Source of the DNA: Chrysomallon squamiferum
Taxonomy: Eukaryota > Animalia > Mollusca
Assembly (NCBI GenBank): GCA_012295275.1
Contig: CM022670.1
Coordinates: forward strand, 16,306,001 to 16,370,000
Reading direction: 5' to 3'
Length of the DNA: 64,000 bases
Position 1 is the first letter of the stretch. Each line of letters opens with the position of its first letter. Below the pieces are notes generated by a model, which ran no database searches, was not told the DNA's origin, and saw only the letters and a program-made list of their open reading frames with translations. A program made the translations under genes and the position numbers. Of the stretch, positions 26,262-40,100 are shown piece after piece.

Positions 26262-29200
26262 TGCCCATGCACACATAAGTATACATTATTAATTCTGAGA
26301 TATTTTATGTGATAAATTAAAACACGAGAACAAGTATCTAAAAGATTAAATGAGCTGTAATAAAATAACATTTACTCATTACAGCACTCATTAAAGTATT
26401 GTTAAATTGTTGACTATTTTTTTCCAGATAAATTCAGATCTCTAGATCGTCCAATAGACAAACCATTTCGCCTGCACATCAGTGATGTGTTTAAGGGAAT
26501 GGGAAGTGGTTTTAGTGTCTCTGGACGAATTGGAGCTGGTAATGTTCAGAGTGGAGATAGAGTGGTTGTCATGTCTGCTGGAGATAATGCTGTTATTAAA
26601 GGTTCTGTTTTTGTTTTAAATCGCTTGTTTGTTGTGTTTTGTTTTGTACAAAGGTTAATTTTTCTTTTACTCTTAGCTCTATCTAGACAAGAAATAATTT
26701 TTATGTTTAAATTTTTTTTTTTTTCTTCTGAAATAGAAATTAGGTCAGAATTTGTGAGAAACTTTAATTATTTAGATAACTGATAAAGGTAAACAATTTT
26801 GCAATAACTGAATTAACACATACACATATCCACACCCACACCCACATGTCTGTGAATACAGACACACATGTGTACCTACAAAAATATCTATATCTACATA
26901 TACAACCATGCATGAACACAAACACACACACACACACACACACACACCACATATTTTTATTTTTATTTTGTTTTTATATTAATAGGTGTATATATTGATG
27001 ATGCACCAGTTGGAATGGCATTTGCAGGAGATCATGTAATAATTACTTTGAGTGGACTGGAGATAAATAATGTAAATATAGGTAAGCATTTATTGTATTT
27101 TGTGTAGCTTGTTTGATTTATATATAAAATATTTTACCTTGCTAAAATAATTTAAAATTAATTATAAACTTACAATAATGTTAAAGAGCAACAAAAAGGC
27201 ATTTTTTTAACTGTATGAAAGTATTCATACTGCTATATTCAATAGACTTTTTAAAAGTTATCCATACAAATGTTGTTTTGTTGATGATGATTTTTCAATT
27301 ACTACTATTAGTTAATAAATATAATACAAACAGTCCATCAGATCAACACAAAACAGTGTGGGCTTCATGTACATTATAAACAGGGGTGTTTATACAAGTC
27401 TACCAAGCAATAATCAGATATATTGTTCATAATAGCTGCTGTTTAAATAAATAATTTATGCTATTATTATTGGAAATGATTGAAAAGCTATTTCTGATAT
27501 TTTTTGCTGTGCAAATTGTAGATGTGTATTTTTTTATAGTAAAAGAAGAAGACAAATTAGCGAATTTTCTTTTTTGATTTACTAACATTAGCTTGTGGAA
27601 AATACTTTGCCCAATGGTAGAAAACATCGATTTAAATAATTTATTATTACTAACTCATTTTTGAAAATAAACTATCCAAAAATAACTGAATGTGCTGAAT
27701 AATAGTTCAAAATATAAGGATACAGTTGTTTTTCACATGTCACCGATTCTCTTGTATTTACTTTTTAGGTAGTGTACTTTGTCAGCCAGCATCATTATGT
27801 AAGTGCTCAACAAGAATTCGAGCTAAGATAGTTATTTTTAATTTGGAAGTGCCTCTCACAAAAGGATTTCCTGTAAGTTGAAAAAATGGTTTGATTTATT
27901 GTAATAGATAAATTCAAAAGAAATTCAAATAAACACTGAAAGATTTAAAAAGAAAATAATTGATGATCTCTGAAACGATGATAATATTAAAAATTTACAA
28001 CACAGTGTATGAGGCATGGTACCTTGCAAAGTCAAGACATAAAACTGTATAATAATATACAGAAGTGAATATTTCTTCATTAATTCTTCCTATCATAGTT
28101 TCCTGGCTGGATCCAGGATTGTAGGGAAGTTTTGGAAATAATTTTCTAAATAAAAATCTGTGTTTTGTGTAGTTTTAGATAATGCAGATGTAATAATAAA
28201 TATAACATTCAAGCAGATGTGGGTTTATGTTGATGTATTTAAATGTTTGTGCTCTAGGTTGTATTTCACTATCAGTCTATCAATGAATCTGCTGTGATAA
28301 AGCGTCTTGTTGCTCAGCTTAGTAAAACTACTGGAGAAGTTGTAAAATTCAAGCCAAGGTGATGTTTTTATTATGTTATTATAGTATATTACAGTAATAT
28401 TATATTATATTAATTTTTATAATTATTTTGTATTGTATTGTATCATAGAAAATATGTGAATATTGTAAAAATTCTTAGATACATTATGTATATTGTCTTT
28501 GAGTCACATTCAGCATATACATATCTGTGTATTTTATAGTTTAATTATCTATTTTTATTTCTTGATCTAATTCATATACAGGTAATTATTATCTATGTTA
28601 GAAGTGTTTACCAAACTGATGCAAATGATAAACTGTTTGAAATACTTAAGAAAATAATAATAATAAAATCTGTTGAAAAGTCTTTAAACAGATAATATTT
28701 TGTAATAAAATCCCTTCTAGAAGTGAAAACTACATAAAATAATTTTTCCTTAATGTAGACTTTGAGAAAAATTGGTTAGTATTTTTGTTGATCATTTTGT
28801 AACTGCAGTTTTATTAAGGATTAAAGATACATTAAATGTCTCTGGTAGACGAGTGCATAATTTCAGTTTATGTTGTTTTTCACTGTTAAGTTTGTAATGT
28901 ATAACTTTCCTTTTCTCATACATAAATTAGCTAGCTATGATACTTGGCACTGCCCAGGAAGAACCTGATTATCTTTTTTTTTTTGGGGGGGGTCGTAAAT
29001 GACAGAACAGAACTTTTAAGAATTTGTTCCTCCCAAAAATGTGATTTTTTTTTGTGCCAGATATATTTGTATTATAAAAATTACTGGGCAGATTTTGCCA
29101 TTGTAAATAAGACTACCCTGAGGTCATGCCCGTTGAGATGGCATGTGCGGTATAACCTTTAAGACTTTCCTGTCTTATAGTTGTTTATCCTGACTATTTT

Positions 29201-30064
29201 TTATAGCTTTAATCCTTTATGTCAAATGATTGGACACATAATAGATTTTTTACTTTGTATACATTACTTATTAAACAGTATTTTCTGACAATTGAATTAG
29301 TTGATAAAATTAATAAATCTGACATTTGTCTGTCTACCAGATGCTTAACAAAGAATACTAGTGCTGTGGTGGAGATAGAGTTTGAGAGGATAGTGTGTGT
29401 TGAGTTGTATCGAGATTTCAAGGATCTTGGACGTTTTATGCTTAGATCTGGAGGAACAACAATAGCAGCAGGAGTTATTGAAGAGGTATAAAATGTTTAT
29501 CCAATCACTTCCTAGTTGTTATATAAAATGTAATCAGTCTGTCTTTGAACATTACTCTCAGCATCTTGGAACTTTTGAACTGTGTTCAGAAAGTCAATAA
29601 ACAATTACACACTTTTTTGGCATTAGCCAGATAGAAATAAAAAATGTAAACATAACTTATGGTACCAAAACTGAAATTAATTTCTATCATATTAAATCAA
29701 AGAAACTATAATAAAAAAATATTAAAAAAATGTAAATGTATTTCTTTGTTAATTATAAAGTATAGTTTTAACACATACTTCAGTAATTATAATTAATTAA
29801 ATATATAATGTTTTCAATGACTCAAAAAGACATAAATCATTATTACCACTATTTTATTTTTTGAAAGATTATTTACTTTGAATGCCGTATTAAAAACATT
29901 AATGATAAAAAGATAGATTGTTTTTGTTAAGATTTTGTTTTTGTAAAATGTCACAAGGGAAAAAGAAACATTTTTTTTCTTTGTTTAAAAAAACTTCTTT
30001 GATTTTTAAACATCTGAAATATTTCTTTCAGATTTTGCAGTCCAAATCCCAGGATGAACAGTAA
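15523..30064 (+). CDS. HBS1L: HBS1-like translational GTPase (ribosome rescue, Pelota partner), long isoform, 17 coding exons
   Basis: Exons 15523-15565, 16960-17031, 17269-17424, 17735-17875, 18572-18622, 23273-23657, 23950-24029, 24295-24454, 24670-24782, 25084-25200, 25723-25956, 26428-26601, 26986-27081, 27769-27872, 28258-28358, 29341-29485, 30032-30064. N-terminus [25 protein letters not shown] is Hbs1-like. G-domain motifs [39 protein letters not shown]; C-terminal [17 protein letters not shown]. Confidence 0.96.
16286..16503. mobile_element. Degenerate Tc1/mariner-type MITE in HBS1L intron 1
   Basis: Imperfect terminal inverted repeats (TA-CAGTGTGTGGCAAAAATAATGGCC ... GGGCAATATTTTTGCCAGATCTAG-TA) with shared core TGGCAAAAATA and flanking TA dinucleotides. 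Confidence 0.4.
18979..20259 (+). CDS. HBS1L: Alternative terminal exon of HBS1L encoding a Ski7-like short isoform (HBS1LV3-type); internal +1 frame discontinuity
   Basis: Lies in intron 5 after a phase-1 donor. Frame A is open 18978-19505 and frame B is open 19387-20259. Repeated SLSELxx/SLADLAK motifs occur in both. The C-terminus has [13 protein letters not shown] and [21 protein letters not shown], matching the Ski7/HBS1LV3 PSxFxxxL and FDFxxPSPDDI motifs. AATAAA at 20682. Exact acceptor (18979 or 18982) uncertain. Confidence 0.85.
22497..22830. repeat. Degenerate minisatellite, about 40 bp unit, in HBS1L intron 5
   Basis: Recurring TTGTCAAAGAGRRGTCATATTTTKTAASAGTGTCTAACACAACA-like unit, about 8 copies decaying toward the 3' end. 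Confidence 0.85.
26197..26258. repeat. (AC)n microsatellite, representative of many (AC/GT, AT, AAT, poly-A) runs across the window
   Basis: About 30 AC units. Similar runs at 1860, 4556, 5360, 8159, 41425, 42810, 51340 and 53418. Confidence 0.95.
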
Positions 30065-31123
30065 GGAACTGAACATTTTCCTGTGTATTTATTTACATAT
30101 AATTTAAAAGGAGGAGGTAATTTTGGTGTTTGCTTTTCCGCTATAACCTGAGATGCAGTAACTACATGTAGTTAAATTATAATTCAGTTATGTTTTGGAA
30201 TGGTTGTAAATCAATTCCATGTTATGTATGAAGCAATAAAACATGTGGCTACTTATCTTGTGTATTTTGTTTTTAATTATGCAAATGGTTTCACTTGTGT
30301 CCACTATAATCATGTTGTTTGAGGTGTTTGTTACATTTCTTGGAATAATAGCAAATTTGAGAACAAAAATGTTCTGGGGGTTAAAAAAGATTAAAAAAAA
30401 GAAGGTCATTCTGGAAATTCTGGTGAAATGACCATAAATTTTTATCGTATAAGGACTTCAATGAATCATAAACATGAACAACATTGAGATAAATATTTTA
30501 TTACATCTGAAGAATTTGTTATCAAGTACATTTCTTTCAAAATATACATTATCTTTTAAATTTGTTTTAGTTCTCCAATTTTTGGGTAGTACAATTTAAT
30601 GATTGCACAAAATTTTATCCTTAGCATACCAAATTTACCCGAAACCACAAGAATACCACCACCTTGTAAAGGTACATATATCATCAAAATAACAAATTAT
30701 ATTAAAATAAAATTGACTTCATTCATTGAAATGATTTTTAAATTAATTTAAAATAGTAAACTGGGCTGATAAAGAATAGCCGGTAAGATATTAAGTGGGT
30801 ATATTACAAATTACTATAATTATGCTCAAAAATGCGATCAGAAATCATATAAATGTAAATATATTTTGATGACATTTAAAAACTACTTGTTACATATACT
30901 ATACGTACAATACTTTGCTACCTATACAACAACCATCGTTTTATTTTCACTTCAAAATCAATGCAACCACAGCTCTTCATGGTTTTGGCATGACACAATC
31001 GAGAACATAATGGATTTACGATTTATTATACAACAATTTTCTAAAATACAACTATAACATTTAAAAATATATTTTTCAGTATAAATATATCTAAATTAAC
31101 ATTTAAAAATATTCTTCTTTAAC

Positions 31124-31155
<32 letters not shown>

Positions 31156-32364
31156 ATAAAATAAGACATCAAATATTTCTGAAGGATACCAATTTGGAAT
31201 TAAAATATTTACTCTCTTTAAAGTTTCTATCAGTTTACTGGTGGATATTTTAAAGTACAGAAATATTAAAGGTAATTAGCACATTCCCTCAAAACATCAG
31301 ATATGTAAAAATTGAACTACAAAACCGATACTGTTAATTTAATAAATTTGTGGACCACAAACATTTGCAGCAAATACTAATGTCTGTATTCATAACAGAT
31401 TATTTAATGTTAACTAAGTATAGCTGCTGTTAATCAATGTGCCCATTATAATTTTAGAAATTCAGTTACTTTTGAATGTTATTGAAAATACAGGGATAAC
31501 CAGCTGAGAAAACCTTTAAGTTAGAACATAAAAATGGTGATTATGTATGTTAGAAAAAAATCGGAAGACTTAATGGCATATATTTAAAAAGAAAAACATG
31601 CATGCAGAAATGAATTAATAACGATAACAGGATTAACACCCATATATATGGCAAACACAGCAATAAGAGTTTTAACGTGTACTTTAAAATGTAATATTTA
31701 GAAAAATATATGTAATATATATTTTTTTCTTTTACATGGTCATTATAAATAGCTTAATAACAATACAACAGCTTTGTTTAGCTTCTAATTTTGTGAACAA
31801 ATATATATGTACAAGATATGTTTGGAAAACAAATTTATTTTCCAAATATGTAATAAAGTCAAGCATGTAGCTCTAACAGTAACTATATTCATAAAATGTT
31901 TCATTTAAAAGAGGTTTATAGATGTGAACTGTTTCCATTTTAACTGGCCTTCTGAAAACTATTTGCCTTATATAAAATACTAAATATTTTTTTACAACTG
32001 GTTACAACATTCAGAATACATTTGAAAAATTAAATGTATTAAGTAGATGTAGTATATATAATGTACATTTTCTTTGCCTGAACATATATTCCTAATGTTT
32101 ATATTTTCTAAAGTGACCAAAGATGGAGCACCCATAAATATTCAAATATTCAGCTTTTTGTTACGATAAAACCTTAATATAACCATTTAGACTTAATTAA
32201 AGAGAATCTGCTTTTAGCATAAGAATTACAGATTTTGTCTCTAAGAGCACCACAGTTAAAAGAGATCTTGAACATGATGGAATGTCCATGTTTGGAATAA
32301 TAATTGGTCTGATAACTTGGAGAAATCCAAATTCAATAGAATAATGACCTACTCAGACTGTTCT

Positions 32365-32475
32365 GAGTTATCAAATGTAAATGAAACACACAAGTGTCTC
32401 TACATAAGACTATTTTGAGTTATCAAATGTAAATGAAACACAAGTGTCTCTACATAGAGTTATCAAATGTAAATG
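32365..32475. repeat. Short tandem triplication
   Basis: GAGTTATCAAATGTAAATG at 32365, 32417 and 32457; the first two continue with AAACAC(AC)AAGTGTCTCTACATA. Confidence 0.9.
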
Positions 32476-34146
32476 TGGCACACGTATGCCTGAGACAGAT
32501 AATATATGACAAAATACAAATATAGATATTTGAAATCTGTGGAAGAACTTTCTTCTATTGAGCCCATTATAGCAAAGATGACCTTCTGATTTACAAAATA
32601 CATTCGAAAATTTAATAATGAAATTATTTTTAACAGACTAAAATGTATACCACATTCAAAATATTACCCAATAAAAAATGTCGAAACTATTATCATTTCA
32701 TTCCAATCATAATCATGTTCAAACCAAATAGGTTCTTTAGGTGGTTTTATAGAAAATTAACATGCATAACAAAGATAAACATCAGTGTTGCAATATCTTT
32801 GTGCATTATTTCCATGATTTCCATAAACACTTAAATTTTATAAAACAAAATTCATATGAATTTTAATTTACAAGTATTTACTAACAAGTGTAAAATCTCC
32901 CTAAACCAGTGATTACCAGAATCAAACAAAATGATAAAATATAAAATGTTTTTCAGAATCTGTTATCACATAATATCACTAAGAAAGACACTAACAAAAA
33001 GAAATGTATGAAAAATTGATGTGAAGAAAAAAAAAAAAAACCTGAACAAAACCCAACCCTACTGAGCTGTTTTATAAATCTCTCTCTGATAACTATAATT
33101 CTGTTGGAAATATGATATATTTTAAAAATGTAAATAGTTACTCTAAAAATTATTATGCCATTCTTATCTTAATTTGCAATGCATGCATATATATATAATT
33201 TACTTTTACACACATACTCATACATACACATTAGTGATATGATATTTGCCAAGAACAGATTTCACTGAAATTAAAAAACTATACCTATGTATAATAATTT
33301 GTGACCAATTAAATGACAGATAATTCTCATTAACAGCCTCTTCTAATTTACATTCAATGTAAATCAGGGTCATATTTTTAACATATTAAGAGCAAACGTG
33401 TCTTTATCATACTATGGTCTGTAGTTTAAAGATAAATACAAATCTAGCAAAATTTGACAGTGAAAGTCCTAAAAAATGTTTATAACTGGAATTTTCTTCA
33501 CTCAAATTAACAATCTAATTCTAGGTAGTAACACTAAACTGAACTGAAAATTTATCAAAGTGGTATATTTACTGTGATTATTTCTATGTTTCATGGTAAA
33601 GGCTAACCAAAGGTAATACAAAAACCAAGATGGAACACCACAACCAAACTATGCTGATAGTATCAATCAAATCTGAACAGATAAAGTAGATGACTTCTAC
33701 GTAAACATTAACATGAAACTACATAATTCTGATATATGCCATCTTGATGTGTCAACAATACTCTAAACAAAACAACCTACAATACCGAAGTAAAACAAAT
33801 TTCATTTACTCTGTGTAAATGTACACAGGTCATATAAGTCTTACACCAACAGAATTACAAACGAACTTAACTATCCTCATCTGCATGCTACCACAAAAGA
33901 AAAGCCTCTAATTTAATAATAAAACAGAAATGATCAAATATAATTTATATGTTTCTGTGAATGACAGTTTGAGCCATACAGTTTCAGTAATTTTTAGGTT
34001 TTCTTTGTATTTTGGATCAAAATGTTTGTACATTTATGTGTGGAAAAACAGGACCGTAATTACAGTTTATAGCTAACACTGGATGTTTAATCAGCGTTTG
34101 AAAATAATGTGGTCCCATAATTACTAGTTTATGTATCCAAATTAAT

Positions 34147-37100
34147 TCAATTTTCCCTACGAGCTTTCTTTTTGCTTTTCTTAGGAGTTGCTTCTGTCCA
34201 GGTATCTGGAGAAAGAAAAATAAATAAATAAACAAATTCAATATTATCTTTTCTAAGATTATACTCATAGAATTAAAATATGCAGTTAATTAAAAATGAA
34301 AATGCTGATTGATCCATGTTATCTGGATTTTCATTTTTGGATAACAATAAATATAATATTTAGATTGATAAATATAATATTTAGATTGATAAATATAATG
34401 GCTGAAAAGAACAAATTTTTATGTATTTAATTAATTTAAGCTAAAACAGAGAATGATAAAATTTTATGTTTTATAAGAAATGAGACAAATTTGTTTTTTC
34501 TTTGCATTTTCAAAAACAATATCACCATTCAAAATAGAATTTTACATTTAATATCGCTTACTTTTATTTTTTTCCATTTCATCAAATAAAACAGGCTCTT
34601 TAGATGAATCAATACTGGTATTTTGGGGTTCCTTTCTGTCACCACCTGTTATGTATAATAACTTTAAAATAACAAACATGAAACATGATAAATTTATTAA
34701 CTATTTAATTTTATCTTTAATTATGAACAAATATTGGCATCCAATAAATAATTTATTTAATTTTTGTCTCAAATAATGTTCACAAATTTTTTTTTGTTTT
34801 ATTATTATGTATTAAATGGATCAAGAGGACAAAATTGAACTAAATCGTAAAGAATAATTATACCTCAATTTAAATTTGGATTTATAGATATATATTTTAG
34901 GATTTGAATATTCTTTGTCTTACATATGCCTGAACAGACTCTGCACGAAGGCAATATCTGGGAATGCACTGCCTGAGGAGGACAAAGTCCAATCACAACC
35001 TCACAAACCCATCAGATGCCACTGATAATATATATGTCAAATAAAATTCCTATCATCTCTTCAATGGAAATACAACAAATTGTATGCATTTTAAAAACCA
35101 TTTAACACTTACCAGTTTTTACTGTATTATCTTTTTTAATGTCTGATACTTGGCTGTTAACAGATTTATTTTCTGTACTATCTGAAATATTGCTTTTAGC
35201 ATCTGCAACCTGTGAAGAAAAAACCCTTATCAATACAGTTTTATAAAATTACCTTCAAATACAAATATTCTTCATTAAACAACATATTTACTATTTGATC
35301 TTTCTTAATATCAGTTCATTATTTTATAATTCATTATTTGAAACTGTGTCGACATTATTTAATACTCCAGTTACAAAAAACTGTTTATTTTGAAAAGATG
35401 AAAATGTTGCATACCTCTGAGTCTTTACTTTTCTTTTTGGGTTTCTTTGGAGGTTTGGTTATAACAGGAGTTTTAACTACAACTTCAGGAACTTTTGGAG
35501 GTGACCATTCTGCCTCCAAGTCCAAAATGTCAAGTTTAGGTAGACTTTGTTTATCTTCTTTCTTATCTTTTTTTGATTTTGATTTTTTTTTATTCGGACT
35601 TGGTACTGGTATCTAGTAATAAGGAGAACAAAAACAATAAGAATATGCAACAATATAAAATCAATAATATATTAATTATAATTTATTAAAATACAGAATG
35701 AAATTTAGTGAGAGCTTTTGAAGAAAGGATAAATATCTTGCTCTGCAGTAACAAACAGGGCAAACCCCCATCAAACAAAACTGTCTTTCTTTTTTTTTTA
35801 TAAACAACAAAATTAATATCAGACATCACAAGTGATGAAAAATAAAGTAATATAAATTTAAAATGATGAGTCATATTAGTCATATCATTAACAAAACATA
35901 AAATAAAAATAAAATAAATAAATGAAAGAAAAAAAGATATAATAATAATAATAATAATAAAAGAAAAAAGAAGAAAAAAAAAGAAATGAAAAAAAAGAAA
36001 AACAACCAAATATAAATGTGAAAATAACATTATTTGATACCTATTAATAAGTACATTAGCATACTTTGTGGTACATTTAACAAACATTAATTTCTAATTT
36101 TAATATAGTTTTATCTGTGACTTCAAAATATGTCATCTCCTGTAAGTTCACCCCTCCTCTAAGTATTATCATTTAAATCTTCAAGTTTTTCTAATTAAGT
36201 TACCGGGTTATTTTTCTGATTCCTTTAAGTAACTGGATATTTTGTCAATGACCATTGACGAAACAGTAGAATCTGCTTTGGTTAAAATGTTGCAATACTG
36301 TGAATATATACATTTGCAGAACCAAAGCTATTAATTATTTCTTGTATAAAAAAAACTGAATTTAAAAAAAAATGTTTTTAGTATTAATGTTCTGTAAATT
36401 AGTTTAGGTAAAATCAGTTACAATATTTATGAGGGGTTTCAACCAACTAAATTTCATAACGGTAATTAATTTACTAAATTATTTATACTTTCACTCACTT
36501 CTTTTTCTGTTTTAACTGATGCTGGTTCTGACTTTGATTTCCCAGGTTTAGTGCTGACTTCTGTTACCTGTTTCGGTGTTTTAGGAGCTGCGTCCTTTGT
36601 CTCAATCACTGCTTCTTTCATCTGATTTGTATCAGTTACTTTGTTTCCTTCAGCAGCTGCAGACTCCTTGTTCTGCAATTAGTTACAAAGAATGAGAAAA
36701 TCTGAATAACTATTTACAGTGTTTATAATGCTACTTACTTTTTGTTCACAAGATCTAGCCTAACATATACACAAATTATCTTATTATTTTACAATACATT
36801 GGCATACTTTTTTTTTCTAAATTTGTCACAATTTATTATTCTCGTATATATAAAAGTAATTGTTATGATACAACATAATAATTTAAAGATATTTTAGCTT
36901 CTACTCAAACCTTGTTTTTCTTCTTTTTCTTGTTACGTTGTTCTGGCATTGGTGTTTCGCTTCCTTTCTCAACAGCAACTTCTGTATCTGGGGATTTATT
37001 TTCTTGGGACTTTTTTGTCATTTCTGTATTTTTAGGTAATTTATTATCTTTGGATTTTTCAGAATTCTTGGAAGCTTCTGTATTTTTAGATTTTTTCTCT

Positions 37101-40100
37101 GACTTTTCTTTTTTATCAACTTCTGTATTTTTAGATTTTTTCTCAGACTTTTCTTTTTTATCAGCTTCTGTATTTTTAGATTTTTTCTCTGACTTTTCCA
37201 GTTTTTTATCAACTTCTGTATTTTTAGTTAATTTTTCTGAATTTTTATCAGCATCTTTACTTTTAGATAATTTTTCAGATTTTTTTTCAGCTTCATTAAT
37301 TTTGGATGACTTTTTTTCTGGTGATTTTTCTGATTTTTTACCACCTTCTTTATTTTTAGATAATTTTTCAGATTTTTTATCAGCTTCTGTATTTTTAGTT
37401 AATTTTTCAGAATTTTTATCAGCATCTTTATTTTTAGATAATTTTTCTGATTTCTTATCAACTTCTGTATTTTTGGATGATTTTTTTTCAGGGGATTTTT
37501 CAGCTTTTTTATCAATTTCTTTATTTTTAGATGCTTTTTCAGACTTTTTATCAACTTCTGTATTTTTCGATAATTTCTTATTGGGAGATTTTTCAGCTTT
37601 TTTGGCAACTTCTGGACTTTGAGGTTTTTCAGCTTTTTTATCTCCTTCGGCATTTTTGGACTGTTTATTATCCTGGGATTTTTTTTTAGCTTCTGCATTT
37701 TTGGATAACTTGTTTTCCTTCAAATTTTCAACATTTACAGATTTTTCAGATTTCTTTTCAACTTCTGTAGTTTTTGTCATTTTATTCTCCTTAGATTTAC
37801 CAGACTTTTTGTCAGCTTCAGTATTCTTAGACATTTTATTCTCTTTCGATTTTTCTGCATTTTTAGATATTTTATTATCCTTAGATTTTTCAGATTTTTT
37901 GTCGACTTCAGTATTTTTCCCTAATTTATTATCTTGTAAATTTTCTGATTTTTGGGCTACTTTAGCATTTTTGGATAATTTATTCTCAGGTGATTTTTCG
38001 GACTGTACAGCCTTCTTATCTGGGGTTCCTTTTTTCTTTTCCTCTGCTTGTGTACCCTCGTCTGAACTCCCATCAGAACGATCGTCTTTCTTGCCTTTTT
38101 GTTTCTTTCCTTTACGAGAAATCTGCATTGTCCATTCACCTGAACAACAACAAAAAGATGAAGTGTTTGTTCAGTGCATTTAGTCATAAGTGCAGCTATC
38201 AGTCATATTTCTAAAATGCCTTCACTAAGCTGAAGAGTTATCAAAGGATAAAACAAAAACAAAATTGAAATTTTTAAAGAAATAACCTATTAACTTTGTT
38301 ATAATAATCAACTGTTCAAATAAATTATTAAATAATTAAATAAATAAATAAATAAATAAAATATTAATTATAATCTTTTTCTTCTTGTCTTTTTAAAAAT
38401 ATTTTTTTTACATGTAACTAATTCTACAAAAGTCACATTGTATGTAGATTATCTCACTGATTTCAAGATGTTGATGGGAGTGGATTTATTATGGATATTA
38501 CCGTTTTAATATTTCAATGCAAATGAAAAAAGTGTTTTTTTCTTCACTTTAATGTAATGTGAGAAAAAGAAGGAATGACTGTTTTTCATGTATACTAACC
38601 ATCTTCTTCTACATCTTTCTTCGATTTCCCAGAAACACCTGAGACTGTTTCTGTTGACTTCTTATCCTGATAAAATCAAAAACTATACACTAAAAATATC
38701 ACTTTTAGACATACAGATTTAAATTTAACTGTGTTTGTACATTAATATTGGTTTCAGATATGTAATTATTGTAAGGACCATAACAGAATGTTAAGATCAA
38801 AAAAATAAACAAAAAACCCCCAAAAACCTAAAACTGAAGGTAGTAACAAATAAAAAGATAAAATTGAAAAACTCTCTTAGTAACATTACTGTATGTTTTT
38901 TTCGTGGTTACATGGGGTAGTCCATTATCAGAAGAAATTTTACCTTGTTTGTTTCATTTTCGTTTGCAGTTTTGGTTGAAGATTTTTCTTGCAACTTTGT
39001 TCGATTCCCAGCCGACTGTTTTGACTTCAAGTTGGATTTTGGACTCTCTTGTTCTGATATTCCAACAGTTATCTGACCATTGGAGGAAGACTTACCCTAT
39101 ACAAATAAATTAAAAATTTGTAGAAAATTTACATTCAAAATAATGAATTCTGCATTGTTTGTAACAATGCTTGTGAATAGCATGGTATGAAAATAAAAAA
39201 TAATATCTGTGATTATTGTTACATTATTAATATCTTTCATGTGATATTCTTGTTTTCCAGGTATACTTGCAGAATAAAATCATTAACAAATTAAGTATTT
39301 TTTGTTTGAATAACTAATAACAAAATACATCTTGTAATTTAAAACAGAAATTTAAAAATATACAAATGAAACTATTATTATACAGAAGTGTAAGTAAGGT
39401 GAATATCTTAAATGGCATTTGTATTAAAAAAAACCCATCCAAAACAGTGTATTTCTTTCCAACTGTTTCACCTTGTCTATCATTTTTTTTTTTTTTTTTC
39501 CCCTGGTTTGTGCTAGGAGAAAAAACAAAATATTCCACTAAGGTAAATGATATGGGGGTTTTTCATAATAGAACTCATCTCAAAAGAAAGGACAGCTAAA
39601 TTTTATAAAAGGTATGGCAATATGTGGTTGTGAGCTGAAGTTTCAACATGTAATTTATATTACCTGTTAAAACTGCTTGTAAGTAATGTCAAATATTAAA
39701 ATACACTAACTAATGTTTCTTATGAAAATGAATATTCCTGTTTGAATTCTTCAGTAAATTGTTCATTGCTGTATACACCTCTATGACTTAGAATTTAATC
39801 TATTTAAACAGGAATCTGAATAAATCTATATTATAAAAACTGAAATGACCAGAATCTCTTGTTTCAAAAAAGACATCATTTTAATTTTTTCATTAGAATA
39901 GTAAAATGCTTTATTAGCCATCATGTATGGTAAATTTCTGAAGGATTAAGACAACAAACTGCTAGCTCAAGCAGCAGATATTTTTGCTAATCAGCATCTA
40001 GTGTTATATTGCAGGTCAATGATTTCTGTGATCCTCCTGGCCCAGATAAGGAGTCACTGGAGTAATTAATGCCCAAATGGTTTCAATTAAACTGCTCAGC

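Noticed and set aside
36912-38183. Long plus-strand ORFs (236 and 175 aa, F/S/L/D-rich)
   Set aside because: Antisense shadows of the lysine-rich MTDH-like repeat exon.
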